Assembly: GCA_903905655.1 (NCBI GenBank)
Contig: CAIVHG010000060.1
Span: 7,034 to 71,033, forward strand
Reading direction: 5' to 3'
DNA from: an uncultured beta proteobacterium
GTDB taxonomy: Bacteria > Pseudomonadota > Gammaproteobacteria > Burkholderiales > SG8-41
DNA: 64,000 nucleotides
Below, in pieces: positions 54,389-63,814 of the stretch. Every line of letters begins with the position of its first letter. Position 1 is the first letter of the stretch. The translations under genes were made by a program, and so were the position numbers. The notes under the pieces are model-generated. The model was not told where the DNA came from. It made no database searches and worked only from the letters and a program-made list of their open reading frames with translations.

Positions 54389-55255
54389 TCAGCGGATCTC
54401 GCGATGCACGAACTCGATGATCTTTTCGATCGCCGCCTTGGCCTGGGGTGAGTCCGGATGTAGGGGGATGAAAGTCTGGCCCATGCCCTCGAACCAGTGC
54501 AGCTCCACAAGGCCGCCGGCCTTGCGATAGGCTTCGACGAAGCGTTCGAGATGGGGGCGCGGATGCGCGCTGTCGTTGGTTCCCTGTAGGTAGAGTACCG
54601 GCGGCATCTGCACGGATTCGCCGCGTTCGAGCGCGCGCGTGGGATTGCCCTCGGCCATCGCCGCTTCGTCACCCCAATAGCTGATGTGGTCCGGTCCTAC
54701 CGATTCGAAAAGCCTTGAATTTCCCTCCGCCTTGAGCTTTTGCGCATGTTGATAGCGGCCCAGCGGATCGATCACCGGCCAGCACAGCACTGCGCAGCGC
54801 ACCGTGGCATCGACCGCTGCGGGTTCGGGTAATGCGATGGCTGCGTAGCGCGGATCGGCGGGGCGCATCGCGGCCAGCATGGCCTGGTGGCCGCCGCTCG
54901 AAAATCCGATGATGCCGACCAGGTCGGGGCGGCTGTTGAACTTTGCCGCATTTGCCTTGAACCAGCGGATCGCGTAATTGATATCGACGAGGGAAGCGGG
55001 ATATCCCGCATCGGGCGGCATGCGGAAATCGGGCGATACGACCACCACGCCGCTTTTTGCCAGCGGCACCTCGGTGTGTGTATTGGCGGTGCGGTCCTTC
55101 CTGCACCAGGCGCCGCCATGCAAGGCGATCATCAGAGGGTAAGGACCGTCGCCGCGCGGCCTGGATACGCGCGCGAGCAGGGGCTTGCCGCCATGGCGCA
55201 GGAATTCCACGTCGGAGACTTCGATTTCGTGGTTCGACAAGCTGGAACTCGTCAT
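54389..55255 (-). CDS. alpha/beta hydrolase fold-3 (HSL-type carboxylesterase/lipase) protein
   Basis: Track ORF 54389..55438. I prefer the ATG at 55255, preceded by GAGGAG. It has the HGGAW oxyanion motif and the GFSSGG nucleophile elbow. Its stop lies 48 nt upstream of the GrdB-like start on the same strand. Confidence 0.8.
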   Translation of the reverse strand: MTSSSLSNHEIEVSDVEFLRHGGKPLLARVSRPRGDGPYPLMIALHGGAWCRKDRTANTHTEVPLAKSGVVVVSPDFRMPPDAGYPASLVDINYAIRWFKANAAKFNSRPDLVGIIGFSSGGHQAMLAAMRPADPRYAAIALPEPAAVDATVRCAVLCWPVIDPLGRYQHAQKLKAEGNSRLFESVGPDHISYWGDEAAMAEGNPTRALERGESVQMPPVLYLQGTNDSAHPRPHLERFVEAYRKAGGLVELHWFEGMGQTFIPLHPDSPQAKAAIEKIIEFVHREIR

Positions 55256-55500
55256 GCCTTGCTCCTCTGAGGATGCGCTGAAAATTAGCTCCGCATTGTG
55301 CCCTATGCGAGCGCATCGGCGCAACCCGCACAGAGAGTGCAATCGCAGAGCGGTGCGCGCCGCGCCGCCATTGCCTGGCGGGGGCCATGGTAAGATCATC
55401 TCTTGTCGATTTGCGCGTGCGTCCATAGGAGCGCGCATGAGGCACCCGGACTGCGCCGGGTAGCTGTCCCGCGCGGGCTATACACGGACAGAGATCCAAC

Positions 55501-57189
55501 ATGCAATTGAGGTTTCGGTTCTTCCTGCTGATGACGGCGCTATTTGTCGGCTTCGTGCTGATCGTCTGGTTTTTTTCCCTGCGCTGGCAGAATGAAATCA
55601 ACTATACCTGGGGGCAGCAGTTCGCCCAGCGCCAGGTCGCCTTCGACAAGTACCGCACCCTCTCGCCATTGATCCGCGAAATCGGGCTTGCCAAACAGAT
55701 GGCGGCCGACCCGGACATCGTGGCGATGGCCTCGCATGAGGACGACCCGGCGGCGAAGGCGCGCGGCATCGCGGCCATGGAAAACTACCGCTTCAATTTT
55801 CGCGACCACACTTATTTTTCGGCGATGGCACGGTCCGGAAATTACTATTTCAACGACGCGAGCAACCAATATCAGGGCCGGCAACTGCGCTACGTCCTGT
55901 CCGAGAACAACTCGAACGACAAGTGGTTCTATGCCACAATCAAAAGCGGCAAGCTCGCCCAGATCAATGTCGATCCCGACGTGCACCTGGGCGTGACCAA
56001 GGTCTGGATCAACGTGCTCATCAAAAGCGGCGACCAGACTTTAGGGGTAATCGGCACCGGCATCGATCTCACGAGCTTTTTGAAGGAGACGGTCAGCTTT
56101 CAGCAGTCGGGGGTGCACAACCTGTTCGTCGACGAGAGCAGGGCGATTCAGCTCAACAATAACCCGGACCTCATCGACTACATGAGCATCGGCAAGGACG
56201 TGAGCCAGCGCATCAAGGTCGATCGGCTGTTCACGAGCGCCTCCGATGTCGAAAATCTCAGGGTCGCGATGGAGGAGCTGGAGCGCAATCCCGACCAAAG
56301 CCGCACGCTGTGGGTGGACTATGCGGGAAGGAAGGAACTGCTGGGCGTGGCATACCTGCCCGAAATCGGCTGGTTCGACCTTACTCTGATGGATGCGCAC
56401 GGCCTGATTCCGATCCAGGAGGCATGGAGGATACCCGCATTGTTTGTCGCCGCGCTGCTGATCGCTTTGCTGAGCATGGGCTATGCGTTGAGCCGCTGGG
56501 TGATCAGGCCGATCGCTGCATTGCAGAACGCCACCGAAAGGATGCAGCGCGGCGAATTCGACGTCGAGCATCCGGTCCAGGGGACGGGCGAGATCGAGCG
56601 CCTGTCGTGGTCCTTCGCGCAGATGGCGAAATACGTGGGCGATACGAATCGCGAACTGGAAAACAAGGTGCGCGAACGCACCGATGAACTGAATCGCATG
56701 GCGGAGACGGACCTGCTGACCGGACTGCTCAACCGGCGCGGCATGACGGACCGGTTGGAGAAGGAGATCGCACGCCAGGTGCGTCAGGACGGAATGCTCG
56801 GCCTGCTGATGCTCGACCTCGACCGCTTCAAATCGATCAACGACAGCTACGGGCATGCGGCCGGCGACGCGGCGCTGCGCGAGGCGGCGGCAGTTATCCA
56901 GTCGTTAAAACGCGAATACGACCACGCGGCCCGTTGGGGAGGCGAGGAGTTCCTGATACTGCTGCCGGTATGCGACAAGACCAATCTGCTCACGGTCGCG
57001 GAGCGCATCCGTGACGCCATCAGGAACCTGAATATCCGTGCGGCGGGGCAATCGTTTTCGCTCACCGTCAGCATCGGCGCCTATCATGCCGCCACCCCGC
57101 AACCACTGGAAACGCTGCTGCAGAAGGTCGACCAGGCGCTGTATGCCGCCAAGGGCGAGGAGCGGGACTGCGTGCGGCTTTTCTCATAG
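55501..57189 (+). CDS. membrane-bound diguanylate cyclase (periplasmic sensor domain, HAMP, GGDEF)
   Basis: It has two TM segments flanking a ~280-aa periplasmic domain, a HAMP domain (RWVIRPIAALQNATERMQRGEF), the GGEEF active site, and an RxxD I-site (REYD) 5 residues upstream. Confidence 0.9.
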   Translation: MQLRFRFFLLMTALFVGFVLIVWFFSLRWQNEINYTWGQQFAQRQVAFDKYRTLSPLIREIGLAKQMAADPDIVAMASHEDDPAAKARGIAAMENYRFNFRDHTYFSAMARSGNYYFNDASNQYQGRQLRYVLSENNSNDKWFYATIKSGKLAQINVDPDVHLGVTKVWINVLIKSGDQTLGVIGTGIDLTSFLKETVSFQQSGVHNLFVDESRAIQLNNNPDLIDYMSIGKDVSQRIKVDRLFTSASDVENLRVAMEELERNPDQSRTLWVDYAGRKELLGVAYLPEIGWFDLTLMDAHGLIPIQEAWRIPALFVAALLIALLSMGYALSRWVIRPIAALQNATERMQRGEFDVEHPVQGTGEIERLSWSFAQMAKYVGDTNRELENKVRERTDELNRMAETDLLTGLLNRRGMTDRLEKEIARQVRQDGMLGLLMLDLDRFKSINDSYGHAAGDAALREAAAVIQSLKREYDHAARWGGEEFLILLPVCDKTNLLTVAERIRDAIRNLNIRAAGQSFSLTVSIGAYHAATPQPLETLLQKVDQALYAAKGEERDCVRLFS

Positions 57190-57346
57190 ACTTAGGCGGT
57201 CCGGTTCGCACTGCACTGTTTCATGCGCGTTGCGGTGGCGGTGGACGCTTGATGCACAAATCGAGATGAATGTGTAACATAGCGGCAGTTCAACGGCTGC
57301 ATTGCAAGGAGTCATTAGCGGGCGTGGTGCATTTCCAGTGAGAAGA

Positions 57347-58021
57347 ATGAAGCGGCTTGCCCTCCCAGCGCTGGCCTGTGCACTCCTGATACTCCCCGGC
57401 GGCTGCGCCGTGGTCACCGTTCCCTATCACGCTGTCAAAAACGTGGTGAACGGCAGCGTGTGGGTGGTGAAGAAAACCTATTCCGTCGTCGCCGGCACCA
57501 CCAAGATCATCTACCAGATCGGCGAATACACCTACGAAGTCGTCAAAGCCCCCATCGACTGGGCGCTTGCCCACGACGAGATCCAGAGCATCGACGGACT
57601 GCCGGTCAAGGACGCGATCCGGCAGGGTAAGGTGAAGGCCTCCCCGTACGTCGTCGGCGGAAAGAGATACGTGCCGATGTCAGCGAGCAAGGCCCAGAGC
57701 TACCAGGAAGAAGGCCTCGCTTCGTGGTACGGCTATGAAAGCGGCAAGCAGACCGCGAACGGCGAAGTGTTCAATCCCAACGGCCTGTCGGCGGCGCACA
57801 AATATCTGCCGATCCCGGCCTTCGTCAAGGTCACGAACCTCGAGAACAGCAAATCCGTGATCGTCCGCGTGAACGACCGCGGGCCATTTCCGAGCGTGCA
57901 CAACGCAAAATCAGGCGACCGCATCATCGATCTCAGCGCGGGCGCTGCGAAGAAGCTCGACTTCTACGGCAAGGGCGTGGCGCGCGTCCGGGTCGAGGCC
58001 ATCAAGACTCGCGAAGAATAA
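57347..58021 (+). CDS. rlpA: septal ring lytic transglycosylase RlpA family lipoprotein
   Basis: Track ORF 57302..58021. I prefer the ATG at 57347 (MKRLALPALACALLILPGGC, lipobox). The DPBB domain reads GLASWYGYESGKQTANGEVFNPNGLSAAHKYLPIPAFVKVTNLENSKSVIVRVNDRGPF. Confidence 0.85.
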   Translation: MKRLALPALACALLILPGGCAVVTVPYHAVKNVVNGSVWVVKKTYSVVAGTTKIIYQIGEYTYEVVKAPIDWALAHDEIQSIDGLPVKDAIRQGKVKASPYVVGGKRYVPMSASKAQSYQEEGLASWYGYESGKQTANGEVFNPNGLSAAHKYLPIPAFVKVTNLENSKSVIVRVNDRGPFPSVHNAKSGDRIIDLSAGAAKKLDFYGKGVARVRVEAIKTREE

Positions 58022-58044
58022 GACCGGCTGCGCCTATGCGCAGA

Positions 58045-59508
58045 TCACGGTGCAGCCACCGCTTCCTGCTCGCGATACCACAGGCTGCTCAGCGGCCCGA
58101 ATTCGATCAGGTTCACGCCTTTGTTTCCTTTGCTGCGCAGCTGGCGCAGCGCCTTGAGCAGTATCTTGTAGATGTCGAGGTCGAACACCGGCGCGCCGCG
58201 CACTTCGAGCTTGTCGTAGATATCCGCCTCGCTGCACGCTGTGCCGAGGAAGCACCAGCGGTCGAAGACATGCACTTCGTTGCGCTCGCCGGCGCGTTCG
58301 CGCAGGCCGATCGCACCCTTGAAAGGCCATTGCGCGAGGCGCAGCGACTGCAGCGCTTCCAGCAGCCGCAGATTGTGCGCGCGCAGGCTTTCCATGCCGC
58401 AGCAGGCGCCGCGGCAGCGCTTGAGCTGGTGCGCAAAGCACGGCGCGTCCTTCCTGCGTGTGGGTTCCAGCCCCAATAGCATCGGGCACAAGCTCTGTTC
58501 CTCGGCGATGCCGGTGAGCGCCGCCACCGCCGCATGCCTGGCGCGGAAGGTGCCGTAGAGATTTTCCAGGCGCGCCATCTGCGCATCGCCCGCGGTGACG
58601 AGCTTAAGCGGCGCAGCGCTGTCGAGCGAGCCGTCCCATTCCCAGGAATAGAAATTGGAGATGCGGCGCGCGCGGCGGTTGTGCACCGGCAGCAGCTCCT
58701 TGATCAGGCGCGATTCGTTGATCAGCGCACCGAGCTCGCCGGCGGTTTCGATCCACTCTACACGTGCGACCTGCTCGGTGATGCGCATGTCCTTGGCGAC
58801 GCGATGGTCGCCGGAAAAATGCGACCACACGCGCGAGCGCAGGTTCACGCTCTTGCCGACGTAGAGCGGCGCGCTTTTCTCGTCGTAGAACAGGTAGACG
58901 CCGGGCGACTCCGGCAGGCCTTCCAGGGTTTCGAGCGCAACGCCGGCGGGCAGGCTAGGCGTGGCAAGCTGCGTCTTGAGCGCGCTGTCGATCAGCGCGC
59001 CATCCACCTGCGCGCTGAGCTTCTGCATGAATTCCCACAGCACTTCGGCATCCCCCAGCGCGCGGTGGCGCGCCGTGCACGTGAGCTGCCAGCGTTCGAT
59101 CAGGCTGTCGAGGTTGTGGCGGCGGTGTTCCGGGAACAGCTTGCGCGAAAGCTTCGCCGTGCACAGCACCCGCGAGCGATAGGGCAGGCCGACACGCGCA
59201 AATTCGTTCTTGAGAAAGCCGTAATCGAAGCGCACGTTGTGCGCGATCAGCAGCTTGCCCTGCAGTCGCTCGTAGAGCGCCGGCGCGAGTTCGTCGAAGG
59301 TAGGCGCATCGCGCACCATGTCATTGCTGATGCCGGTGAGCGACTGAATGAACGGCGGGATGCTCTCCTCGGGATTGACCAGCTGGCTCCACTTGCCGAC
59401 GAGCTTGCCATCGGCGACTTCTACGAGACCGATCTCGGTGATGCGGTCGTGTGTCGCCGTCGCGCCGGTGGTTTCGAGGTCGAGAAAGATCAGGGGCTGA
59501 TTGAGCAT
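58045..59508 (-). CDS. DEDDh 3'-5' exonuclease (DnaQ-like) fused to a GIY-YIG / UvrC-like (Cho-type) nuclease
   Basis: Track ORF 58045..59634. I prefer the ATG at 59508 (MLNQPLIFLDLETTGATATHDRITEIGLV). HNVRFDYGFL and HRALGDAEV carry the exo motifs. GVYLFYDEKSAPLYVGKSVNLRSRV is the GIY-YIG part. Confidence 0.8.
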   Translation of the reverse strand: MLNQPLIFLDLETTGATATHDRITEIGLVEVADGKLVGKWSQLVNPEESIPPFIQSLTGISNDMVRDAPTFDELAPALYERLQGKLLIAHNVRFDYGFLKNEFARVGLPYRSRVLCTAKLSRKLFPEHRRHNLDSLIERWQLTCTARHRALGDAEVLWEFMQKLSAQVDGALIDSALKTQLATPSLPAGVALETLEGLPESPGVYLFYDEKSAPLYVGKSVNLRSRVWSHFSGDHRVAKDMRITEQVARVEWIETAGELGALINESRLIKELLPVHNRRARRISNFYSWEWDGSLDSAAPLKLVTAGDAQMARLENLYGTFRARHAAVAALTGIAEEQSLCPMLLGLEPTRRKDAPCFAHQLKRCRGACCGMESLRAHNLRLLEALQSLRLAQWPFKGAIGLRERAGERNEVHVFDRWCFLGTACSEADIYDKLEVRGAPVFDLDIYKILLKALRQLRSKGNKGVNLIEFGPLSSLWYREQEAVAAP

Positions 59509-59704
59509 GGTGGATGCGGAGTGATTCGCGGCCGGCGCGCTGCGCTGCAGACGCGCATTGGACAATATCCCGGCGCCAGATGTGGTGTCAAATGCATGGC
59601 GCCGCAGCGGTTCGTGTGTGACTGCGGGCGGCACTTGTCACGGTGGCGCGCGCGGTATAGCCTTTCGGGCGCAAGCTGTGCGGAGGAGGAGAGGACTCAA
59701 TTAC

Positions 59705-60673
59705 ATGCTGAGTATAGCCTGTCACATGGATATCCGCGTGATGCGCGCTGCGCTGCTGCTGTTTTGCATTGGCGAGTGCAGCGCCGCGACCTCCGGCGTG
59801 GCGATCGCCACGGGCACTGACCAGGGCGCTGCCGAGGAAATTCCCGCCACGCTGCTGAAGCCGGAGGGCGCCGGGCCATTTCCCGCGGTCGTCATCATGC
59901 ACGACTGCAGCGGCGTAGGTCCGCGCGCCAGCGGCGCTCCCGCACGTTGGGCGGAGCAGCTGGTGCAGCGCGGATTCGTCGCCGTGATTCCGGACAGCTT
60001 CACGACGCGCGGTTTCGCGGATGGCGTGTGCACGGCCGATACCGCACCGCGCCGGGTGCAGGTCAACGAGCTGCGCCGCGCCCGCGATGCCTATGCGGCG
60101 CTCGCCTATCTGCGCAGCCTGCCCTATGTGGACGGCGCGCGCGTCGGGATCATGGGCGGTTCTCACGGCGGATCGGCGACGCTGTCGGCGATGGTCGCGC
60201 CGCAGAGTGGGGGCGAGCCGCTTGCGCGCGAGAAGCGCAGCGGTTTTGCCGCGGCCGTCGCGCTCTATCCCGGCTGCGGCGCGCGCTACGGAGCATGGCG
60301 CGTAACGCGCTCAGGGGGTGCGTACGGGACGATCACGGACTATAGCGGTGTCTACCAGCCGATCGCCCCGCTCTACATCCTCATCGGCGAGAGCGACGAC
60401 TGGACGCCGGCGGAGCAGTGCCGGAAGCTCACTGCGACCGCACAGCAGGCCGGGTATCAGGTTGCGATCAAGACCTACCCGGGAGCACACCACGCCTTCG
60501 ACAGCAGCAATCCGGTGCGCTATGTCGCAGCGCGCACCAATGCCAATGCGACTAGCGGCCGCGGTGCGACGACGGGCGGCAATGCCGAGGCCTGGAAGGA
60601 CAGCCTCGCCGAGGTGACGGCGTATTTCGCGAAACACCTCGCGCAGCCGCGCCACGCCGATCCTCAGAACTAA
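59705..60673 (+). CDS. dienelactone hydrolase family / alpha/beta hydrolase, secreted
   Basis: Track ORF 59558..60673. The ATG at 59705 follows GGAGGAGGAGAGG; alternatives are 59726 and 59741. GPFPAVVIMHDCSGVG, MGGSHGG and YPGAHHAF are present. Confidence 0.8.
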   Translation: MLSIACHMDIRVMRAALLLFCIGECSAATSGVAIATGTDQGAAEEIPATLLKPEGAGPFPAVVIMHDCSGVGPRASGAPARWAEQLVQRGFVAVIPDSFTTRGFADGVCTADTAPRRVQVNELRRARDAYAALAYLRSLPYVDGARVGIMGGSHGGSATLSAMVAPQSGGEPLAREKRSGFAAAVALYPGCGARYGAWRVTRSGGAYGTITDYSGVYQPIAPLYILIGESDDWTPAEQCRKLTATAQQAGYQVAIKTYPGAHHAFDSSNPVRYVAARTNANATSGRGATTGGNAEAWKDSLAEVTAYFAKHLAQPRHADPQN

Positions 60674-60738
60674 GTGCGATCGCGGCAACGGCCGTGGCAT
60701 TCTCCGCGCTGCAGATAGTCCATCGGCCCTCGCCCGTC

Positions 60739-61437
60739 TCAGGCGAGATCGAACACCATGACCTCGGCATTCCTGCCTGATTCGATCACGATCTGCTGCG
60801 GATCGACTGCTTTGAGCGCGTCTCCGGCCGTGAGCGAATTGCCGTTGACGGTGACGTCTCCGCGTGCGATATGCACATAAGCACGGCGCCCCGGCGCGAT
60901 ATCGAGCACGGCGCGTTCCGCGCCGTCGAACAGCCCCGCGTAGAGGGCGGCGTCCTGAGCGATGGTGACGGATCCGTCGCGGCCGTCCTCGGATGCGATC
61001 AGCACGAGGCGTCCGCGCTTGGCTGCCTCGGAGTAGTGCTTCTGCTCGTAGCTCGGCGGCAGCCCCGGCGCCCGCGGCGTGATCCAGATCTGCAGAAAAT
61101 GCACGGGCTCGGTGGCCGACGGGTTTTTCTCACTATGCAGCACGCCGCTTCCGGCGCTCATGCGCTGCACGTCGCCCGGACGGATGATCGAGCCGGTGCC
61201 CATGCTGTCTTTATGCTCGAGCGCGCCTTCCAGCACATAGCTCACGATCTCCATGTCGCGATGGCCGTGCGTGCCGAAGCCGGTCCCGGCCTGCACGCGG
61301 TCTTCGTTGATCACGCGCAGCGCGCCGAAGCTCGTGTGCTTGCGGTCGTAATAGTCGGCGAACGAGAACGAGTGAAAGCTGTTGAGCCAGCCGTGATCGG
61401 CATGGCCGCGTTCATTGCTCCTGCGTATCTCCAGCAT
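60739..61437 (-). CDS. pirin family protein (YhhW-type quercetinase-like bicupin)
   Basis: RGHADHGWLNSFHSFSFADYYD and GFGTHGHRDMEIVSYVLEGALEHKDSMG carry the cupin His/Glu metal ligands. Confidence 0.9.
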   Translation of the reverse strand: MLEIRRSNERGHADHGWLNSFHSFSFADYYDRKHTSFGALRVINEDRVQAGTGFGTHGHRDMEIVSYVLEGALEHKDSMGTGSIIRPGDVQRMSAGSGVLHSEKNPSATEPVHFLQIWITPRAPGLPPSYEQKHYSEAAKRGRLVLIASEDGRDGSVTIAQDAALYAGLFDGAERAVLDIAPGRRAYVHIARGDVTVNGNSLTAGDALKAVDPQQIVIESGRNAEVMVFDLA

Positions 61438-61534
61438 TTCCGTTTCCTTTCATATCCACGGAGGCCACGTAGCCGCGCTTCCGATGCAGACGCTATCCTA
61501 CCGATACATTCCCGGTTGATAAACAGGCGCCCCG

Positions 61535-61564
61535 TTGATATATTGAACACGCGCCGTACATAAT
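61535..61564 (+). promoter_or_regulatory. candidate promoter (TTGATA-18-CATAAT) and direct GTTGATA repeats in the pirin/LysR divergent region
   Basis: TTGATA lies at 61535..61540 and CATAAT at 61559..61564. GTTGATA occurs twice (61515..61521 and 61534..61540). This is inspection only. Confidence 0.3.
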
Positions 61565-61579
61565 CGAGAGACTCCCCCC

Positions 61580-62563
61580 ATGGATACGCTGATCAGCTTC
61601 AAGGTGTTTCTCGCGGTGGCCGGCGCTGGCAGCTTCGCCGCGGCGGCTGACCGCCTCGAGCTCTCGCGCGCGGTGGTGAGCAAGCACATCAAGCACCTCG
61701 AGGAGCGCGTCGGCACGCGGCTGCTGGAACGCACCACGCGGCGCGTCGCGCTGACCGAACTGGGGCGCGCGTTCTACGAGCGCGCGCAGCGCGCGGTGGG
61801 CGAGCTGGACGAGGCGATGCTGGAGGCCGGGCAGTCGACTGCCGCGCCGCGCGGAAGGATCCGCATCACGTCGGCGCTGTCGTTCGGGCTGCGCCACCTG
61901 TCGCACGCGATCAGCGCTTATCTCTCGCGTTATCCCGAAGTGAAGATCGAGCTCGAGCTGAGCGACCGTTTTATCGACATCGGCGAAGAGGGCTTCGATC
62001 TGGCGATCCGCATCGGCACGCTCGATGAGAGCTCGCTGATCGCACGCAAGCTCGCCACCACGCGCCTGGTGGCTTGCGCGTCGCCGGCCTATATCAAGCA
62101 GCACGGCGCGCCGCGCACGCCGCAGGAGTTGCGTGAGCACAATTGCCTCACCTACTCCTACAATCCGCGTCCCAAGTTCTGGAGCTTCAGGCGCGGCGGG
62201 CAGGAGCAGACGGTGCAGGTCGAAGGCTGCGTGCAGGTCAACAACGGAGACCTGCTGCAGCAGCTGGTGCGGGATGGACACGGCATCGCGCTGCTGCCGG
62301 CGTTTCTGGCCGGTGCGGATCTGGAGGCGGGCCGGCTCGTCGACGTGCTGCGCGAATACGACGAGGGCGAGCTGGGAATCTACGCGGTGTACACGAACCG
62401 CAAGTACATGCCGGCGAAAGTCCGCTCGTTCCTGAATTTTCTGGTCGAGCGTTTCGGCGACAGCGCGTACTGGGAGGATTGGTCGGCCAAGACCAAGGTT
62501 GCGGCGCCGCCGCGCGCACGTGTAGCGAAGGCCGCGCGAACCTCGACCGCTCGCAAACGCTAA
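61580..62563 (+). CDS. LysR family transcriptional regulator
   Basis: The N-terminal HTH is FKVFLAVAGAGSFAAAADRLELSRAVVSKHIKHLEERVGTRLLERTTRRVALTELG. A LysR substrate-binding domain follows. The gene is divergent from the pirin gene. Confidence 0.9.
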   Translation: MDTLISFKVFLAVAGAGSFAAAADRLELSRAVVSKHIKHLEERVGTRLLERTTRRVALTELGRAFYERAQRAVGELDEAMLEAGQSTAAPRGRIRITSALSFGLRHLSHAISAYLSRYPEVKIELELSDRFIDIGEEGFDLAIRIGTLDESSLIARKLATTRLVACASPAYIKQHGAPRTPQELREHNCLTYSYNPRPKFWSFRRGGQEQTVQVEGCVQVNNGDLLQQLVRDGHGIALLPAFLAGADLEAGRLVDVLREYDEGELGIYAVYTNRKYMPAKVRSFLNFLVERFGDSAYWEDWSAKTKVAAPPRARVAKAARTSTARKR

Positions 62564-62714
62564 GATCTTACGGATGGATGCCATACGGGCGTACGGATAT
62601 GATCTTCGCGGCAAGCAGGCTCAACGAAATTCACGATTAGAAATGCAATAAGCGATCACGGAGAGTGTATTGAATAATATTTTTAATGGGAAGTCGTCTG
62701 CTTTTGCGCTGTGA

Positions 62715-63551
62715 TTGATAGGCATGGTGTGCGCGCTGCACAGCGCGCATGCGGCTTATCCCGAGCGCCCGATCCGCATGCTGGTGCCGTTCGCACCCGG
62801 CGTGCTGGCTGCAGAACTCGTGGCGAATGCATTGCCGAACTGCCATACGCTGCTCGTGGGTTCCAGCGGCATCCTTGCCATCGCGCCCGGCATGAACGAC
62901 AAGCTTCCCTATTACCCGATCAAGAGTTTCGAGACCATCGCGCTCATCTCCAACGTGTCGCTGGTGCTGGTGGTGCGCACCGAGTCTGCAGTGCGCAGCG
63001 TGCGCGAACTGATCGCGCTTTCCAAGTCCAAGCCGGACCCGCTCAATATGGCTTCTTCCGGCAATTTCTCCACCGGCCAGCTCGCCGGCGTGCTGTTCCA
63101 GAATCGCACCGGCACCCATTTCACCCACATCCCGTACAAGGGCGCCAGCCTCGCGGCAACGGATATCATCGGCGGACACGTGGACTTGATGTTCGATCAG
63201 ATTTCCTCGGCCATCGGCAACCTACGCAGCGGTCGCCTGCGGCCGCGTGCCGTGACCTCGGTCGCGCGCGAGCCCGACCTGCCTGATGTGCCGACCATGA
63301 AAGAGGCGGGCGCGGAGGGCGTGGACGCCGGCACTTTCACCGCCATGCTCGCGCCGCTGCACACGCCGCGCGACATCGTCGTCAAGCTCAACCAGACGGT
63401 GAACGCAGTGCTGAAGCTGCAGGCCACTCATGCCGCGTTTGCGCGACTCGGCGCTTCGACCATGGACGGCACGCCCGATCAGGCGCGCAAGTATATCCAG
63501 GGCGAGTTCGACAAGTGGAGCGCGGTCCTGCGCACGATCAAGGACAAATAA
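62715..63551 (+). pseudogene. decayed Bug/TctC paralog (internal ~30-aa deletion in the N-lobe; signal-peptide region out of frame)
   Basis: AYPERPIRMLVPFAPG is followed directly by VLAAELVANALPNCHTLLVGSSG. Intact paralogs have about 30 more residues here (GG..D..AR.....L....GQ.VVVENR.G.GG). The upstream ATG at 62686 (MGSRLLLRCD*) is in another frame, and a TGA sits immediately before 62715. Confidence 0.5.
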
Positions 63552-63572
63552 GCCCCATCCTATTGAGAATTA

Positions 63573-63598
63573 CGAAACCGGGTGACAAGCCGGTTTCG
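63573..63598 (+). terminator. 9-bp hairpin after the decayed Bug gene (terminator-like, no U-tract)
   Basis: CGAAACCGG-GTGACAAG-CCGGTTTCG lies 22 nt after the stop at 63551. Confidence 0.3.
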
Positions 63599-63814
63599 CT
63601 CAACGTTCCCCTCGCGCGCGGACTCGTTACCGCCGAAGGTGGCCGTTTGCGGGTAGCGCACCTTGGCCACCGCTCCCGCAAGCGGGCGCTTCGCGCTAAC
63701 GTGTCGCGGGGGCTCTCTGGGAGAGGGGATAGGGGTGAGGGTTAGCGCTGCCTCGGAATTGGATTTCTCGCCGCCGACTCGGGTAAACTGGCGTCCACTT
63801 TCGATGGGGGCGCG

